From the human T2T-CHM13v2.0 reference genome, Homo sapiens: 64,000 nucleotides of DNA. The stretch spans positions 12,832,001 through 12,896,000 of the forward strand of contig CP068257.2 in the NCBI GenBank assembly GCA_009914755.4, given 5' to 3'. The notes under the pieces are model-generated. The model did no database searches. It was not told where the DNA came from and saw only the letters and a list, made by a program, of their open reading frames with translations. Both the position numbers and the translations under genes were made by a program. Of the stretch, positions 58,099 to 64,000 are shown one piece after another (positions within the stretch are counted from its first letter, which is position 1; each line of letters begins with the position of its first letter).

Positions 58099-61000
58099 TG
58101 ACATGCTTTAAGACTTTCCCTTTTCATGATTACCACAATGAGGCTCAACAGGCTTAAGAAAATGTTCAAAGTCCCCTGGTTAAGAAAGATCAAAGTAAGA
58201 CATTCACACTCAGGTCTCTATGCCTTTAGTTCACGTTACCTACTGCTCTGCTAGACTGACCCTAATACACTACCCTGGGGTAACTGATGGAGGCTTTCTT
58301 GAGGAAGTGACAGTCCACCTATAAATTCGAATAGATAAGAATTCATGAGTTGGAAAAAAAGCACAGAGCATTTTAGGCTAAGAGAAGCACAGACAGAAAT
58401 GTATGAGAGTGGTCAGATCATCAGGAACACGGGCCTCACTCCACCAACCAAACCAGAAGATCTGGTATTAGGGCCCAGACATAGGTATTTTTATAAAACA
58501 CCCCAGATGATTTTAATATTAGGTTGGTGCAAAAGTAATCATGATTTTTGCTATTATTTTTAATATGCAGCCAGAAAGCATGGGTCAAGGGGGTCAAATA
58601 GATGTTTTACTTTTTAGTTTTCAAATGATTCCTAATAGAGGTCTAGTGGGTTGTGGCAGAGTTACATTTGGATGTGAGGAAGGAAAGAATAACAAAGACT
58701 GGAGAGTGTAGGTAAAGGCAGTCAAGTCAAATGTGGGGCTGGCAGCATGAAGGGATTGGTCAACTGGAAGTGGAGAAAGATCTAGAGTAATTGGAAGGAA
58801 GGAAACAACTAAAAACCTAATCCTCACTTCCAATTAGTACAAGCTCATGGACTATGTTATGAGCTGAATTGACTCCCACAAATTCGTATGTTTGAAGCCC
58901 TAACACCTTGTACCTCAGACCATGACTGTATTTGGATATAAAGCCTTTAAAGAGAAAATCAAGTAAAAAATGTGACCATTAGGGTAGGACCTAATCCGTT
59001 CCTACTGGTGTCCTTATAAGATGATGTTTGGACACACAGAGAGAGACATCAGGAGCACACAGACACAGATGAAGAGGCAATAAAAGGGCAGCCATCTACA
59101 TGTCAAAAAGAAAGGCCCAGAACAGATCCTTCCTTGAAAGCTCTCTGTGAAACCCACCCTGCCAGCACCTTGATCTTGGGTTTCCAACCTCCAGAAGTGT
59201 GAGAAAGTGGATTCCTGTTGTTAAAGCTACTCAGACTCTGATATTTTGTTATGGCAGCTCTAGCAAACTAATACAGACTAAGTGAAGGAAGGAGGGGGAC
59301 TTAGCCAGCTGTGGTGACAAATGGCTCTCTCTATCTATGCAAGAATCACTTCATCTACCAACAGAGATAGTTTAAAATCTTCTGCTATTAGTAATGAATT
59401 CTTAATGGAGGACATTTTTGTTTTCTACTAAGAAGCTAATATGAATGTCTTGTTTCTGAAAGTTCATCGAAATCTTTAACACTAGAAAGGAGGAGAAATG
59501 GATCAGTTTGGTAATGATAAATTTGGAAACGGATATGTAAAGCATGGACTTGATTCCATTATTGTAAAAACAAACAAACAAAAAAAAACACAGTTTTCAG
59601 GGATTTTGAAACTATTTATCTCCAAAGCAAGGCAAAGAAAGACTAAAGAGATAAGTGTGTGATTAAATTGATTTTTAACAAATCCAGCATCTTGGTAGTC
59701 AAGGTAGTGACCTTATAAAGCTTCCTATAAAATACAATATCCAAATTTCCAAACAAAGGGGAGGCTACACTTCTGTCATTTCTCTAGCTATTCATCTGAT
59801 CTTTCTGAATATTATCTGAACACTTTTCAAGTATAGCTAATACATTTGGCCCCAAACATTTTGCTACCTGCTTGGGATAAAACTTGATTACAGATTCATA
59901 TTCTGTAAAACGGAAAAGCTAAAATGTATTAGTGCTTTGTTTGGAGAGAAGTGGTCAAGGCTAAAAATTATTTAAAAGGTGCACTACGAATTAAAATAAA
60001 ATCCAATGGAAAATTATATGTTTAAGAAAGAAGAAGAAGAAGCCTTTGGAAAGTGAGACATCAATTTAGGGGTGAATTTCTGGTGACTGTAAACAATGGA
60101 ATGAGGCCATTTCTCCTTGGCATGCAAGCACCAACTGGAAGCAAGAATGGGACCGGACAGTGGAAACTTTCTGTCTGCCATCTTTAGACAGCATGTAGTA
60201 AGTTACCTATAAACATCCAAATGGATAAAGTAAGTACAAATATATCCCAAATTTAGAGTCTTCTCAACACCCAAGTCAACTGGGCCGTTCCTTTGTCTGA
60301 ACCACAGTTATACCTTGCCTGGTTTCTGCAATAGTCTGTTAACTGGTCTCACTCCCTTCAGTATATTTGAAACACAAAAGCCAGAATAAACCCACTAAAC
60401 TGTAGGCCAGATTCTGTCACTTCTCAAACATCTTTCAACACTAGCTAAAATTATTTTAATGGCCTAGAACGCCTTCAGTGATCCAGCTCTTTGCGGCGGC
60501 TCTTCCCGCTATGCACTCTGCCCCACTGCTTCTCAAACACACCAGAGACAGTCCCATTTCAAGGCCTTTGCACTTGCTCTTCCCTCTGCCCAGAGTACAG
60601 TTTCCTTCACCAATCCCAAGACCAGCTCCTTCACTTTCTTCCAGTCCTTTTTCCAATGTCCCATTCTCACCAAGGCTTCTCTAGTTCTTCATATTTTAAA
60701 TCCTTCTTTTCTGTTAATTTTTTTTTCTTCTTGGCACCTATCATTATCTAGCATACTGTATATATTACTTATTTATCCTATTTATTGTCTGTCATCTCCA
60801 GTAAATATGGTATCTTTTGTTCACCTTGGTATCGCCAGTGTATTGTCCATAATAAGCATTTAATAGACATTTGTTGCGTTGAAGGATAAATGAATGAATG
60901 AATGCATGGATTAGTGAATTAACTTTTAAGTCTTTTGAAAAGTAGAAAAAAGTGCTGCCAGGTTGGAAAACTTTAAAAATTCTTGATGTCCAGTCACATT

Positions 61001-62551
61001 TTATATTAGGTAAATAAGAATATTTGGGGATGGAACCCAATCATCAGTTTTTTTTTTAAAGCTCTTTAGTGATTCAAATATTCGGCCTAGGCTCCAAAAA
61101 CCATCAACCTAGAGCATCATTTCCAAATTATAAAGTGCTCACAGAACTGCTGAGTATCTTGTTAAAATGTATGTTTTCATTTCGTAGGCCTGGGGGAGAC
61201 TGGAAAATGCACATGGCTAACAAGCTCCTGGAATGCCCGTGCTGTTGCTCTATAGGACCACAGTGAGTAGCAAGTTCTTAGATTCAAGTCAGCCTTGATG
61301 AACCTTGAGATACATTTTAACATGTTCTAGACTTCATTTTCTCCTGACTTGTCTTATTTGGTTTTATGTTTGCATTATAGTTTATCAAAAATACTTTTTA
61401 AAATGCTATAAATGCTACATAAACACAAAAATGAAGACAACCTTTTGAGATATCTGGTTTTTTGTTTTGTTTTGTTTTTGGAGCGGACGGAGGTAATAAC
61501 TAGAAGTTAAAATAAATATTTACTTATAGCCACCGTTTTTTAAAGGGGAAAAGAGTAAATCTAACATATTACCTACATTTTATATCACGTATTTTATTCC
61601 AGAAAACTCTGTTTGAAAAGGCAAACATTCAACAAAAATTGTACCCCAGATGAAGAAGTAATAGAGAGTAGGAGGAGAGAGACACAGGCTTAGAAGCAGA
61701 AAAACTGTGCCATAAATCCCAAATCTTTTAACTTGTGGAAAATTTTTGCATCTACAGGGCTTTTTTCTTCTTTGTAAATTGGAGATAAAAATAATGTCTA
61801 CCTCCTGGGGTTTTGAGAAGATTAAACATAATAATGGACATGAGCACCTTGGACAAGTACCTGGCCTCAAGTAAGCACCAGTGCATATAAATACTTATTC
61901 TCTTTCTTATACCTGGTTAGATAAGAGTTAAAAATGTATCCTAGCAGTCTTGATACAAAAAAACAGTGAAGAAAGCTCTTTAATGGTACAACTATGTGTC
62001 ATCCTTGTCTAGGAGCATAAATTTGCACAGCAGGCAGTGCAGTGAAAACAGCTCATAATCAACTCATCACCTCTCATCATTGCTAGGATCAAATGCAAAT
62101 GGGAAAGAATGCCACTTCAGTCATTGCTAGTGAAAATTAGCATCTGTGACACTAATGGTGTCTCATTTAGTATGCACTTTAGATTAAAAAGAATGGTTAA
62201 AAAAAAGGCTATTTCCAGAACTGTCATTATTCTAACGTTTCCCTCAAAAATAACAATGGTACTTGAATCTCCTTTACTCAAAGAAAAACCTGCTAAAATT
62301 TATTAACACGGATCATTAATCCCTCTCAAGTAAAGGCCAAGATGTTCTAATTACAGTCACTAACTTTAATTTGTGGGATCCATGTCTTTCTATTTTCAAA
62401 ATTTCTTCCATATTCTTTAACCTGGACCAAGTTCTACCTTTAGGTAACAATGGGATTCTTTCATAACATTGGGTATATTAGAGTTCTTAACATAAAGCTT
62501 AAAATGAGTTACAGTTGTACTGATACACAAACATTTTTACACACATATTAA

Positions 62552-64000
<1,449 letters not shown>

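Overview
This window is primate (human-type) nuclear genomic DNA, not a prokaryotic or viral locus. It is AT-rich and CpG-depleted. It is saturated with Alu SINEs carrying target-site duplications, LINE-1 fragments (one roughly 6-kb element with a nested Alu), MIR-like relics and microsatellites. Prokaryote-style gene calling does not apply, and almost every ORF in the six-frame track is repeat-derived or random.

The main biological content is seven consecutive minus-strand coding exons. Their GT/AG splice sites and intron phases all agree. Their translations join into an SH3 plus SAM domain protein. The seven exons code 354 residues. Adding the one missing 19-residue first exon gives exactly 373 aa, the length I recall for SAMSN1 (SAM-domain, SH3-domain and nuclear-localisation-signals protein 1; 21q11.2, minus strand). 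The exon translations agree with what I recall of the SAMSN1 protein.

Exon 1 and the promoter lie beyond the high-coordinate end of the window. The window therefore covers intron 1 (at least 19 kb), exons 2-8, and about 8.5 kb of 3' flanking DNA.

I found no rRNA, tRNA or CRISPR array, and no novel 'system' in the prokaryotic sense. The findings below are eukaryotic ones: gene structure, transposon/exon geometry, an unexplained CpG-retaining block downstream of the gene, and two GC-rich islands.
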